Source: Bacillota bacterium
Lineage (GTDB): Bacteria > Bacillota > Ch66 > Ch109
Length of the DNA stretch: 64,000 nt
NCBI GenBank assembly: GCA_050952625.1
Contig: JBMNLH010000001.1
Coordinates: 1,600,001-1,664,000 of the forward strand
Direction: 5' to 3'
In this document: positions 44,257 through 54,354 of the stretch, in pieces
How the letters are laid out: each line of letters opens with the position of its first letter
Numbering within the stretch: position 1 is the stretch's first letter
Translations under genes and position numbers: made by a program
The notes under the pieces: model-generated
Database searches by the model: none
What the model was told of the DNA's origin: nothing
The model's input: only the letters and a program-made list of their open reading frames with translations

Positions 44257-45495
44257 TTATTTACCACAACATTTTTTATACTTTTTACCGCTGCCGCAGG
44301 GGCAAGGATCATTGCGGCCAACCTTGGTCCTTGTTTTTAGATCAATCACCTTGGAATCTGTTTGCCCTAATTGAAAAGGCTCAGTGGGTAATGGTCTTAA
44401 GTGTTTCTTTTCTTCCTGAAATAGCTCATTAGGAGTATGCCCCTTTAACACCCATTGCCGGGTATTGTTATGCAGATCCGTGATCTTGCTGGTTAATTGC
44501 CGCACGAAATCAAATGACGGAAACTCAAACCAAGAATTTAAGTACTCAATTATGGCTGTTGATTTGGCATCCAGATTTATTAAATTGATCAATTGTAAAG
44601 CAATTTCATCAGTTTCTTCATTATTTAGCTCATAGTACTGCAACAAAAAACTGATAAGGTCGTTCATCGCCGGAGATCGGTCGATATAATCCGGTTCACC
44701 AGCCTTAAGCAATTGCTGTTTGGTAAACGGATAATAATCAACGTTATCTCGCATACTATGTTCCTCAATAATCTTCTTAGCATCAAAAACTCGATGGTCA
44801 CAAAACCCAAATGACGACCATCGAACTTGTCCATAATGATCCATAGCTACAGACATGACATTAATATACTCGCGAAAATCTATATCCTGTCCGGTAAGCT
44901 GCGAAATTTTCCAATTGATGAACCATGGACTCGCAACACCATAATAATAAAGCATGCCATGGGTTAAGAGGACCCACTCCGTATTGCGCCGGACTATTTT
45001 TTCCAATTCGGGGGTATCGACTTGCCAAAAAGTATCTACCAGTTCCTGAGGGAGGCATAGAACCTTTTGATCATTATTATTCACACCAGGAAAAACAAGG
45101 CTGTACCCCAATAGAGCTTCGGCAGCTCTAGTCTTCATATCATAACCGGTGATAACACCGGAATTCTGCGCAATTAATTTAATCAGACCATACCTTCCTT
45201 GATCCAAGTAAGATAAAACCTCTTTAAATTTCATCGGAATCAATCTGACAAGCTCAGCAGCCAGTTCCGCTTTTCTCAGAGAACTAAGATTATTAAAGCT
45301 AAGCTTCTTACGGATATTATCCATTTCATCTTTGGTTAACCTATTAATCGCATCGGAAAGATCGCAGGGAATCCTGTTGAATTTCTTCCAAAGCCGTCGC
45401 TCTTGCTTGTCCCGCATTTTTTGGCTATAGGCTTTTGCGCTTTCTAAAGCATTTAGTAAGGTATCTTTTGTTTTTTGATCAATTCTTTCATCCAT
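44257..45495 (-). CDS. SEC-C motif protein
   Basis: C-terminal [20 protein letters not shown]; NNTRQW..KGHTP motif. Confidence 0.85.
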   Translation of the reverse strand: MDERIDQKTKDTLLNALESAKAYSQKMRDKQERRLWKKFNRIPCDLSDAINRLTKDEMDNIRKKLSFNNLSSLRKAELAAELVRLIPMKFKEVLSYLDQGRYGLIKLIAQNSGVITGYDMKTRAAEALLGYSLVFPGVNNNDQKVLCLPQELVDTFWQVDTPELEKIVRRNTEWVLLTHGMLYYYGVASPWFINWKISQLTGQDIDFREYINVMSVAMDHYGQVRWSSFGFCDHRVFDAKKIIEEHSMRDNVDYYPFTKQQLLKAGEPDYIDRSPAMNDLISFLLQYYELNNEETDEIALQLINLINLDAKSTAIIEYLNSWFEFPSFDFVRQLTSKITDLHNNTRQWVLKGHTPNELFQEEKKHLRPLPTEPFQLGQTDSKVIDLKTRTKVGRNDPCPCGSGKKYKKCCGK

Positions 45496-45573
45496 ATTAA
45501 TCCTTCTTTATATTTCATTTACATTAATCAGCTCTCGCCGCCGCGTAAAAGAACAATTCCTTTTCTTCCTGTC

Positions 45574-48500
45574 CTAGCTATTCACTATCTTTACCGCATT
45601 ATCTTTGATCTTAGCCACCAGCTCGACAATCCGTTTTTGTTTGAAACCATCAAAGAGCTTGACAAAACTTTGCGGTTTGTCAAAAGGTGGTTTCATTAGC
45701 TCGGAGACATTCTCGATATAACCGTTTTGCACAATATAATCAATGATCTTTTTCACAAAAACAATTTGGGCCTGAGAGAGAGACTGGTCATTAATAAATT
45801 CCGAAAAGGCCGCGCACGCCGCTTCATATTCCAGTTTGGCAATTTTCCGTACCAGCAGACCAAATGGCGTATCCTGATACTCCCGCTGATAATCCGCAGC
45901 GGTACCAAGCTCTCCAGTGAAAATATGCTCCAAGTCTTGGTAGTCTAAAGCAGTAAGCGGTATATTATGCCGCAATTTAAAGATCGCCAGATGGTCACGG
46001 TTTCTCTCAATATAACGGTTAACCTTGAGCTTATAGTCCTCAAAATCATAGGCTGGGCCTAGGCTATCCCCCTCTCTGATTTCAAGAACATGATCGTTAA
46101 GGTTTGTATAGATCGGGGTTCTTCCCCTATCATCAACAATAAACTTAATCAGACCGCGCAGTCCTATGCGCACCTGATCCAAGTTCAAAATATCAGAGCT
46201 TTGCCAAAACTCATCGGTCTGAATGGTGTTGATCAGCTCCAGTTTTTCTTTAATCTGCGGGATAGTGGCCCGCTGGGCCAACATAGCGCAGACGTTGATT
46301 AGCTGCTTTTTACTCTTTTGGAAATGAGGCATCCCCTCGATCTGAGCCAGCATCATCCCATACATAAAGTTGTCAAATCGTTTGGCATACTCGTCCGGGT
46401 CATCAAGATACACAATCGGGGCCAAAAAAGTGATCAGGTTATGTTTATCCACATCAGAAAGGCAGACAAAAGCCGTCGTCTGTTTATACTTTTCAATGTG
46501 CTGCAATTGCATTTTTACCGCTACCAGCTCGGTGTTCAGCGCGTTAATCTGCTGCAGGACCGTTTCAACCAGCCCGGTCCGCATTACCTGGTACGGCTCA
46601 TTAATAAAGGCAGACTGCTGAAGATGATGAATCAAGCGGACTCGTTTCGCAAAGATCGCCTCAGTGAGGCTCAGGGTTTCACTGCCCAGCAAGCCCTCTT
46701 TGTGTTCCCGAAAAAATTCGAAATTTCCCAGATAGTCAAAAATAATAAAGTGGGTTTTGTCCTGTCCGGCCCCAAACAAGTTGGGGCATAGTCTAGTGCC
46801 GCGGCCAATCATCTGCCAGAACTTAGTCTTAGAGCGTACCCGTTTAAAAAAGACCAAGTTAACAATCTCCGGGACATCAATGCCGGTATCCAACATATCT
46901 ACCGAAACGGCGATATGCGGATCTTTTTCCGCTATCTTAAAGTCATCAATGATTGTTTGGGCATAGCTGTCGTCGCAAATTACCCGTTTGGCAAAACGGC
47001 CCCGGTATTGCGGATATAGTTTATCAAACCGCTCGATAATATACTCGGCGTGCTTTTTATTTTGGGCGAAAATGATGGTTTTCCCTAAACGGTCACCACC
47101 AGCGACCTTAATCCCCTTAGTCATTAAATCTTCCAGGACCATGTCCACCGTGGCCTGATTAAAAATAAATTCATTTAACGCTGGGGAAGGAATAAACTCT
47201 GGCATCGCCCCGTCTTCATCGGTAAAATCTTCTTCATAGCGGGCCTTATCTTCTTCGGATAGTTCATCATAGGTAATACCTTGCTCCAAAAACTTAGTTG
47301 TAACCTCAATGTTATAGTAAGGCACTAAAACGTGGTCTTGCTCGACTGCGGTTTCGTAGTCATAGGCATAGGTAGGGACACCGTTTTCCATCTCAAAAAA
47401 GTCATAAGTATTGCGATCAACGTCGGTCTTAGGAGTGGCGGTTAAACCAACCAATAGACAATCAAAATACTCAAAGATAACGCGGTATTTTTTAAAGATG
47501 CTGCGATGGGCTTCATCCACGATAATCAAATCAAAATGGGCCGGGGTAAATAACCGCTGGCCCTCGCTCTTCGCTGTATCAATGGCGTTTAGCATCGTCG
47601 GATAGGTGGAGAAGACAATGCGGGCGGATTTATCATCCTTGTTACTTAGCAGGTTACACAGAGACATATCTGGGAGGTAGTTTTTAAAGGCATCCTTGGC
47701 CTGGATAACCAAGGCGGTTCGGTCCGCTAAAAACAAAGTATTCGTGATATATCCTCCCCGGGATAAGACATCAGTCAAACTAGCGGCTGTTCTGGTTTTA
47801 CCCGTCCCGGTGGCCATCACCAGCAAGGCTTTGCGATGGCCGGTCATAATGGCTTCCGTCACCGCTCGGATGGCTTCCTTCTGGTAGTAGCGATCAGTAA
47901 TTTTATCGTCAATCAGGATTTCACTTAGAATTTTCCGTTCGCGCCGGCGGTTCATCAGTTTTTCCAAGTCGGGTTTAGAAAACACGCCGCTAACCTTCCG
48001 TTGGGGTGAGGTTAGGTCATCCCACAGATAGGTTTCAAAGCCATTGGTAGTAAACATCATCGGCCGCCGGCCGGTCATTTTCTCTAAGCAGTCTGCGTAC
48101 AGCTTGACCTGTTGCGTGCCAATCTTCGGGTCCTTGGCGGTTCGCTTGGCTTCGATAACAGCCAGGGGCAACCCGTCTTTGCCGTAAAGCACATAATCAG
48201 CATAACCTTTGCCCTCGTAATTGGGCATGCCGTCAAGTTCCACTTCTTCCTGCACATCATCGCCAAAAACCCAGCCCAGGAGTTTTAAGTCCACATCGAT
48301 ATACTTTTTGCGGGTCAGGAATTCTGAAATATTCTCTGGCGCAAACTGGCGTTCTTCTTTGTTATGTTCTTTATTTGCGGTCAATTGTTCGCTCATGGCC
48401 GCAATCTGGGCGCGCAGGGCTTCAATCTCAGAATCCTTTTGTTCAATCAGGCTGTTTTTTTCTTTGATTTTGGCCTCATCAATAATGACCTTTTCTGCCG

Positions 48501-48921
48501 GGATCTTTCCTTCATCAAAACGGCGTTCTTCATAGTTTGACCCATAACAATAATCAATCCACTGGACGAATTCAAACAAAGAGGCCAGGGACAGAACCGC
48601 ATCACTGCGGCTGATCGCTTTCTCCGTATGTACCGCCAAGTTGCCCAGCTTAATGATATAAGGCAGCTTACTCCAGGTTTGGTTATCCAGCGCAAATCTA
48701 AAAGAAGGTTCGTGAATTAATGACTGCAAATTATCCTTATAAGGCAAAGTGATAGTGTTATCAGCCGAATAGACCCATTTCACCGCCAGCTCAAAGGCCT
48801 TACGGCTACCCACTGCCGCCATGGCCGGAGAGGTGGCGAGTACCCGTTCCGCTTCCAGGCAAGCATTAGCAAACAAGGTATATTCGGTTTGTCCCTGAAG
48901 GAATGCGAAGTTTGCCGACAT
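45574..48921 (-). CDS. hsdR: Type I restriction endonuclease subunit R
   Basis: Nuclease ADY..VIEAK, Walker A MATGTGKT, DEAH, GLTATP, QMIGRGTR. Confidence 0.95.
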   Translation of the reverse strand: MSANFAFLQGQTEYTLFANACLEAERVLATSPAMAAVGSRKAFELAVKWVYSADNTITLPYKDNLQSLIHEPSFRFALDNQTWSKLPYIIKLGNLAVHTEKAISRSDAVLSLASLFEFVQWIDYCYGSNYEERRFDEGKIPAEKVIIDEAKIKEKNSLIEQKDSEIEALRAQIAAMSEQLTANKEHNKEERQFAPENISEFLTRKKYIDVDLKLLGWVFGDDVQEEVELDGMPNYEGKGYADYVLYGKDGLPLAVIEAKRTAKDPKIGTQQVKLYADCLEKMTGRRPMMFTTNGFETYLWDDLTSPQRKVSGVFSKPDLEKLMNRRRERKILSEILIDDKITDRYYQKEAIRAVTEAIMTGHRKALLVMATGTGKTRTAASLTDVLSRGGYITNTLFLADRTALVIQAKDAFKNYLPDMSLCNLLSNKDDKSARIVFSTYPTMLNAIDTAKSEGQRLFTPAHFDLIIVDEAHRSIFKKYRVIFEYFDCLLVGLTATPKTDVDRNTYDFFEMENGVPTYAYDYETAVEQDHVLVPYYNIEVTTKFLEQGITYDELSEEDKARYEEDFTDEDGAMPEFIPSPALNEFIFNQATVDMVLEDLMTKGIKVAGGDRLGKTIIFAQNKKHAEYIIERFDKLYPQYRGRFAKRVICDDSYAQTIIDDFKIAEKDPHIAVSVDMLDTGIDVPEIVNLVFFKRVRSKTKFWQMIGRGTRLCPNLFGAGQDKTHFIIFDYLGNFEFFREHKEGLLGSETLSLTEAIFAKRVRLIHHLQQSAFINEPYQVMRTGLVETVLQQINALNTELVAVKMQLQHIEKYKQTTAFVCLSDVDKHNLITFLAPIVYLDDPDEYAKRFDNFMYGMMLAQIEGMPHFQKSKKQLINVCAMLAQRATIPQIKEKLELINTIQTDEFWQSSDILNLDQVRIGLRGLIKFIVDDRGRTPIYTNLNDHVLEIREGDSLGPAYDFEDYKLKVNRYIERNRDHLAIFKLRHNIPLTALDYQDLEHIFTGELGTAADYQREYQDTPFGLLVRKIAKLEYEAACAAFSEFINDQSLSQAQIVFVKKIIDYIVQNGYIENVSELMKPPFDKPQSFVKLFDGFKQKRIVELVAKIKDNAVKIVNS

Positions 48922-48937
48922 TCAATTCACCTCGCGG

Positions 48938-50041
48938 TCAATCAAAATACTCGCTCATTAGGCTGTCAAACAGGTATTGAGTTTCGTCGATTGCTTTTTT
49001 TACCAGGGCTTTCTGTTCTTCGATTTTGGTGACAATGGTAGCGAATTGGTTTTGGAGAGCCAAAGGGGCAATTGGAATTCTCAAATTTTTGATTAAGGAA
49101 AATTCGATATTATCAGCAGTAACAGCCCTTACATTTTTTATGATGCTACCTTGCATTAATATAAAAAAATATAATAAATATTCCGGTAAAACATTTTCAT
49201 TAGTAACAAATGCCTTCATATCTTGATTAATAGCGATATCAACTGTATTAATTGCAACTGGCAGCATCTTTTTCAAAATACCACTTCTAATAACCATTAA
49301 GACGGAATAAGAAGGTATTAATTTAGTTGAACTATTTTCTATTGCATATTCATTTATATGGTCAATGCTATCGTTAATCCAAATAGTTTTCATATCTTTG
49401 GGAGTAACCCAAGGAATGTTACCAATATAATACTCACTACGACTTTTCGCGGGAGTACCACCACCTATTATTCTAGCACACACATTGTCAACTATATCTA
49501 CCTCCCACCCCTTTTCATTGGTGATAGGATCCCCAAACATATCGCAAAAGATGGATTTGATAAGGTTATCCAGCTCCGCTAGCTGCTGTTTACGCAGGGC
49601 AAGCAGTTCTGCGGCGGTGTCTAAGGTTTTGGCGATTTCCTTTTGGGTCTCGAGGGGCGGAATAGGTATAACAAGTTTTTTAAGCCATTTAAAATGTCTA
49701 TTATATCCAGTATTGGGGATTTGTTTATTTATAAAATAATAATATAGGTATTTGTAATCTAAATTTTCTCTTTTGCTTTTTAATAATTTAACCCCATCTG
49801 CTCCTAAGAAAAAAGGAGTGTCTATATACTTTATTATTCTTGTATGATCTCCAAAAACTATTACAGGAACATTACTATATAAACCATCGTGATTGTTCCG
49901 ATAGCCAGCAATAAGATTTTGCCCTTGGTCAATTATAGGGTATAACCCTTGTTCTAAATAATCTTCTTTTTTAATCTTAGTCGCATTTTTAGTGTCATCT
50001 AGAATTACTTCTTCAAAATCAAGAACTTCCCACTTACCCAC
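48938..50041 (-). CDS. hsdS: Type I R-M specificity subunit S
   Basis: Two TRDs with conserved IPIPPLETQ/IPIAPLALQ helices; AT-rich variable regions; lies between hsdM and hsdR. Confidence 0.92.
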   Translation of the reverse strand: MGKWEVLDFEEVILDDTKNATKIKKEDYLEQGLYPIIDQGQNLIAGYRNNHDGLYSNVPVIVFGDHTRIIKYIDTPFFLGADGVKLLKSKRENLDYKYLYYYFINKQIPNTGYNRHFKWLKKLVIPIPPLETQKEIAKTLDTAAELLALRKQQLAELDNLIKSIFCDMFGDPITNEKGWEVDIVDNVCARIIGGGTPAKSRSEYYIGNIPWVTPKDMKTIWINDSIDHINEYAIENSSTKLIPSYSVLMVIRSGILKKMLPVAINTVDIAINQDMKAFVTNENVLPEYLLYFFILMQGSIIKNVRAVTADNIEFSLIKNLRIPIAPLALQNQFATIVTKIEEQKALVKKAIDETQYLFDSLMSEYFD

Positions 50042-51503
50042 CGATAAGCCCCCTCAACTCCTCCATCTTGGAGGCAATATCAAGATTTAGCTTATCCAGG
50101 CGGGCCATTATCTCCATCGGCGGATCATAAACCACCTTTTCATAGACAATCTCTTTATAACGGTTAATGGATAAATCATAGCCATTGGCTTTTATGGCCG
50201 ACTTCTCCACAAAAAAGCTCTGCTCGGTTGGTTTGCGTTCAGCTTCTCCCCCTAGGTTGTGAAAACGGGTAATAATATCAGGAATATCATTATCCTCAAT
50301 GGGCGAACGTTTGTCATCCAAAGAAAAGCCATCCGCTTTCATATCGTAGAACCAAACCTTATCAGTGCCGCCGGCTCCGGTTTTAGTAAAAACCAGAACG
50401 GCAGTACTGACCCCGGCATACGGTTTAAAAACACCGCTGGGCATGGAGATAACCGCCTGCAGTTGATGATTTTCCACCAACTCTTGGCGCAAGGCTTTAT
50501 GGGCCTTGGTCGTGCCGAACAAAACCCCATCTGGCACAATACAGGCGCAGCGTCCACCTTTCCGAAGCATCCGCAAAAAAAGGGCGACAAATAAAAGCTC
50601 TGTCTTTTTGGTGTTGCAAACGGCCTTCAAATTATCATGGATACTTTCGGCATCAACCGTCCCGGTAAATGGCGGATTAGCCAGGACAATATCATAAGCG
50701 GCAGCTATGCTGTTCTGCTTGGAAACGCTGTCCACATAGTCAATCCGAGGCTGAGTAATGGAATGGAGCATTAGGTTCATAGCGGACAGACGTAACATGG
50801 TTCGATCGGTATCAAAACCGGTGAACATTTCCCCCGTAAAATGCTCCCATTGTTCACTGGTCATCTCCGCTTCGTAGCGTTCACGGATAAACTCGGCTGA
50901 GGAGACCAAGAAACCAGCGGTCCCGCAAGCCGGGTCACAAATTCGATCGTTTGGAGTAGGAGCCAGCAGCCGGACCATCATATCGCGGATATGCTTGGGG
51001 GTTCTAAACTGACCGTTTTGCCCGGCTGTGGCCAGCTTGCTTAGCATATACTCATAAAGGTCGCCCTGCATGTCTAAATCTTGGATATCATGTTCATACA
51101 GTTCATCTAGGCCGGTAATTATCTTTTGCAATACTTGGGGGGTTGGGATTAAAAACATTGCATCCTGCATATAGCGAGTAAAGGCGGACGCATTTTTCCC
51201 GTTCATAGTTTTGATAAAGGGAAATACCTTTGTGCCGACAATATCGTATATCTCACGCGAATCTTTGGTTTTAAACTTGCTCCAGCGCATAGCCTGTCCC
51301 GCTTCATCCGGTGGAAAAATTTTAGGCATTGCTTCACCGCTTAGTGCTTCGAACCTCTCGTTCTCCAGTTCCTTTTCATCCAGAGAACGAATGAACATTA
51401 AATAAGTAAGCTGTTCGATAACGGTTAAGGGATTGGTAATCCCACCCGCCCACATATCGGTCCAGATTTTATCAACTTTGTTGCGAATTTCTCCGGTCAG
51501 CAT
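50034..51503 (-). CDS. hsdM: Type I R-M N6-adenine methyltransferase subunit M
   Basis: GQFRTP, DPACGTAGFL, NPPF. Confidence 0.95.
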   Translation of the reverse strand: MLTGEIRNKVDKIWTDMWAGGITNPLTVIEQLTYLMFIRSLDEKELENERFEALSGEAMPKIFPPDEAGQAMRWSKFKTKDSREIYDIVGTKVFPFIKTMNGKNASAFTRYMQDAMFLIPTPQVLQKIITGLDELYEHDIQDLDMQGDLYEYMLSKLATAGQNGQFRTPKHIRDMMVRLLAPTPNDRICDPACGTAGFLVSSAEFIRERYEAEMTSEQWEHFTGEMFTGFDTDRTMLRLSAMNLMLHSITQPRIDYVDSVSKQNSIAAAYDIVLANPPFTGTVDAESIHDNLKAVCNTKKTELLFVALFLRMLRKGGRCACIVPDGVLFGTTKAHKALRQELVENHQLQAVISMPSGVFKPYAGVSTAVLVFTKTGAGGTDKVWFYDMKADGFSLDDKRSPIEDNDIPDIITRFHNLGGEAERKPTEQSFFVEKSAIKANGYDLSINRYKEIVYEKVVYDPPMEIMARLDKLNLDIASKMEELRGLIGG

Positions 51504-51690
51504 TTATCTGCTCCTGTCCTGGTAATATAATAATTTACCAAATTTCCGGGCTAAATGACATTTATTAGCCTAAACGACCTAAGAAAACAATAGAATAAGA
51601 AAACTTTGCTATTGAATACATTGTATTCTTTGAATTACCTTAAAACAATAGAAAAACGCCAAATTATATCAATCAAGCGTTTTCGCTACT

Positions 51691-51743
51691 ATCGCCAGCC
51701 TCATTTCCAATCTTATCGGAAGAGCAGCGTTGGCCATTTGGTT
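51691..51743 (-). repeat. Duplicate of the 3' end of the serine hydrolase gene (52680-52732)
   Basis: 53 bp with 3 mismatches by manual alignment. Confidence 0.9.
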
Positions 51744-51764
51744 ATAGAATATCTTTTGGTTAGG

Positions 51765-52367
51765 TTATGGTATGTGGAAATCCTCAATAGGATCTAAAGG
51801 ACTAAAATAACCCTTAATACAATTCGGATTCCTTACGCAAATTTGGATATGGTTTTTTTCTCTAAAACCAGCATTTGGGTATAATTCATCACCTTCAATA
51901 AATAGGCCTCTCACTGAATCATATTCCCTATGCCCTTCATCTTTGTTAAAAGCATGAACCATTTCTATTACTGCACAATCAAGGTGCCTTAATAGTAGAT
52001 CCGTTGAAGAACCAACCCTTTTATTCTCAGGTAATTTTCCACCGGTTTTATCAATAGCTTCTTTAAGAATCTTATATCCCCTTTTTAAGATCTGCAGCGA
52101 ATTATATTCCATTAGATTAAGGCAATATCCTAAATCAATAATTGCGCCTATAACCGCAACATCTTTAATCTTACCCCTATGTTTCAATTCTTCGGCATAT
52201 TCAAACGCTCTATTGGGATTATTTTCCCAAAAATATATGCCGTGACCTAACCAATCGTAAGAATTTTGACTCTTTGTTAAACGCTCATTAAGATATATTA
52301 TTCGGTTATAAACAGTTAAGTCACATCCGTGAAAACCGAGTACGAAATTAGGCAATGTCGAATACAT
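51765..52367 (-). CDS. Putative ADP-ribosyltransferase-fold (PARP/DUF3990-like) protein, candidate toxin
   Basis: GFHGC (H13), WLGHGIYFWE (Y45) and HIQICVRN have the motif spacing of H-Y-[E/Q] ART folds. Confidence 0.65.
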   Translation of the reverse strand: MYSTLPNFVLGFHGCDLTVYNRIIYLNERLTKSQNSYDWLGHGIYFWENNPNRAFEYAEELKHRGKIKDVAVIGAIIDLGYCLNLMEYNSLQILKRGYKILKEAIDKTGGKLPENKRVGSSTDLLLRHLDCAVIEMVHAFNKDEGHREYDSVRGLFIEGDELYPNAGFREKNHIQICVRNPNCIKGYFSPLDPIEDFHIP

Positions 52368-52375
52368 ATGAACTC

Positions 52376-52525
52376 CTACCTATAATGGGATTCTAGTTTA
52401 CCTGTAGAATCACAAATACCGGCTTTAACCAATATTTTAATAGCATCTTCTTTTTTGCTTTCGGCTATTTTTTTTTGGTATTTTTCCATCTGGGCTAACA
52501 GTTCTTTTAATTCTTTATTAGACAC
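52376..52525 (-). CDS. Small 49 aa protein (not in ORF track), candidate antitoxin
   Basis: GTG start after GGTGAT; MSNKELKELLAQMEKYQKKIAESKKEDAIKILVKAGICDSTGKLESHYR*. Its TAG overlaps the AGGAG SD of the ART gene. Confidence 0.7.
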   Translation of the reverse strand: MSNKELKELLAQMEKYQKKIAESKKEDAIKILVKAGICDSTGKLESHYR

Positions 52526-52583
52526 AACGATCACCATCCATATTACATCAATGGGCTTTATACCTATATTATATCAAATCTGC

Positions 52584-52628
52584 GTCCATATTTTATCAAC
52601 TTTGTTGCGAATATCTCCGGTCAGCATT
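52584..52628 (-). repeat. Duplicate of the hsdM 5' end (51460-51504)
   Basis: 45 bp with 2 mismatches; reads MLTGDIRNKVDKIWTQI* versus hsdM MLTGEIRNKVDKIWTD. Confidence 0.9.
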
Positions 52629-52666
52629 GATCTTGCTTAATTGTTGATCCCCTTTCGTGGGGCATA

Positions 52667-53710
52667 TTAATTCACCGACATCGCCAGCCTCATTGCCAAT
52701 CTTATGGGAAGAGCAGCGTTGGCCATCTGGTTTACATCACCAACCAAAAACAAATCCTTTAAAGGATAATAAAAAGCAAAAGAACCGGTTGATCCAGAAT
52801 GACCAATTAACTCACCTTTTCCCATAAAGAGGGTGGCCAATCCATTTAAAGGAATTTGCATATATCCCCCACCATAGTAAATCGGCCCCATAGTAACTTG
52901 CAATTTATGATAGGTTGACAATTTCTGAAAAATTACCTTGTTAAACAATCTCCCGGTAAAGAAAGCCTTAATAAAAATCATCAATTCACTAGCTGTAGTA
53001 ATACAGCCTCCACTTGCCCGGCTGCTCAAAACTAACTTAGGCCGATGGATAGCCTTATTTTTATAATAAATATTAGGTATATAATCATTTTCGCTTTCGG
53101 GAAGATATGTATTTTTAAGCTCTAATGGTTCAAAAATATACTGCCGGTATGCTTCCGACAATCTTAAATTACTTGCTTTTTCAATTACTTCACCCAGCAG
53201 ATCAAAGTTTATATCGGCATAGTAAGCCCTTTGCCCGGTACGCGGAGCAAAATGAGGTTTTAATTTCTTTACTTCGGCCATCAATTCATCGAAAGTGAGA
53301 TAAAGATCCTCTTTAATAGCCCGGTTCTTAAGACTGTTTTTCCCTTCTTCATACACATCAGGCAACCCACTGATCTGAAACAGCAAATCGGATATGGTTA
53401 ATTCAAACGTGTATTCCTTTCCACCATAAACATGAAGCCCGCTTAATACAGAATTATCAAAGTACCTGGTGATCTTTTCGTCAAGTGACAGCTTTCCCTG
53501 CTCAAGTAAGATCAAGATGCAGGTGGTGGTAAACAGCTTGGTGATGCTCGCCATCAGCAGAGGAGAATCTATATTCTTGCCGCTATACCCCATGTTAAAA
53601 GACAAATCACCACTTGTGTTTTCTATAAATAATACTGCCTCATTGATTTGCTTCGAGCTTGTTAGTTTAGCAAAAATCTTTTCGAATTTTTGCGTTCTAC
53701 TTACTCCCAT
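52667..53710 (-). CDS. Serine hydrolase, beta-lactamase family (cytoplasmic)
   Basis: SxxK ASITK, Y.D.NFDLLG, GHSGSTG; no signal peptide. Confidence 0.88.
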   Translation of the reverse strand: MGVSRTQKFEKIFAKLTSSKQINEAVLFIENTSGDLSFNMGYSGKNIDSPLLMASITKLFTTTCILILLEQGKLSLDEKITRYFDNSVLSGLHVYGGKEYTFELTISDLLFQISGLPDVYEEGKNSLKNRAIKEDLYLTFDELMAEVKKLKPHFAPRTGQRAYYADINFDLLGEVIEKASNLRLSEAYRQYIFEPLELKNTYLPESENDYIPNIYYKNKAIHRPKLVLSSRASGGCITTASELMIFIKAFFTGRLFNKVIFQKLSTYHKLQVTMGPIYYGGGYMQIPLNGLATLFMGKGELIGHSGSTGSFAFYYPLKDLFLVGDVNQMANAALPIRLAMRLAMSVN

Positions 53711-53874
53711 TAGTTTCTCCTTTCCTTAAATATTTGTTACTTCCATTATACTAAATTCTGGAGATATTTTTACTCTTAGACCAGTAATATTAAGGCTCAG
53801 CGGTATTTTTTTAATGCAATAACTGATTCCGCATAAACCCACACAGAATCAACACACACAGACTAAACACAATA

Positions 53875-53933
53875 TTGACAATCCGAGGATGCGGTGGTAT
53901 ATTGTTATTTAGTTAGTTACTTGACTAACTAAC
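53875..53933 (+). promoter_or_regulatory. SigmaA promoter plus GntR operator
   Basis: TTGACA-17 bp-TATATT with an extended TG, followed by the palindrome TAGTTAGT-N6-ACTAACTA. Confidence 0.75.
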
Positions 53934-53952
53934 CATGTAACCAACAAAGGAA

Positions 53953-54354
53953 GTGGCGCAGTTGACCGGACACTTTAGCAACGAGCGGCCAATCTTTATC
54001 CAGCTTGCTGAAATGCTGGAGGACGCGATCCTGAGTGGTGTATATAACGAGGATGACCAAGTCCCCTCCATCACGGAGTTTTCCGTTGCTTATAAAATGA
54101 ACCCGGCCACCGCACTCAAGGGAGTCAACATCCTTGTAGACGCCGGTCTGCTGTATAAAAAGCGAGGGCTGGGGATGTTTGTTGCAAAGGGTGCGCGGGA
54201 AAAGCTGATAGAGAGGCGAAAGGAACGCTTTTATCATGCTTTTGTTGAACCGATGATTCTTGAAGCGATACGACTCAGCATTAACGAAGCAGAGCTTTTC
54301 GAAATGGTGAAAAGAGGGTTAAGTGAACATTTGACAAGGCGGAAAGAGGGTTGA
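53953..54354 (+). CDS. GntR family regulator, YtrA subfamily
   Basis: PIFIQLA, PSITEFS..MNPATALKG, KKRGLGMFV. Confidence 0.9.
   Translation: MAQLTGHFSNERPIFIQLAEMLEDAILSGVYNEDDQVPSITEFSVAYKMNPATALKGVNILVDAGLLYKKRGLGMFVAKGAREKLIERRKERFYHAFVEPMILEAIRLSINEAELFEMVKRGLSEHLTRRKEG

Noticed and set aside
48938-50041. Phase-variable hsdS (shufflon or simple-sequence repeat)
   Set aside because: Single hsdS, no silent TRD copies, no invertase and no repeat tract seen.
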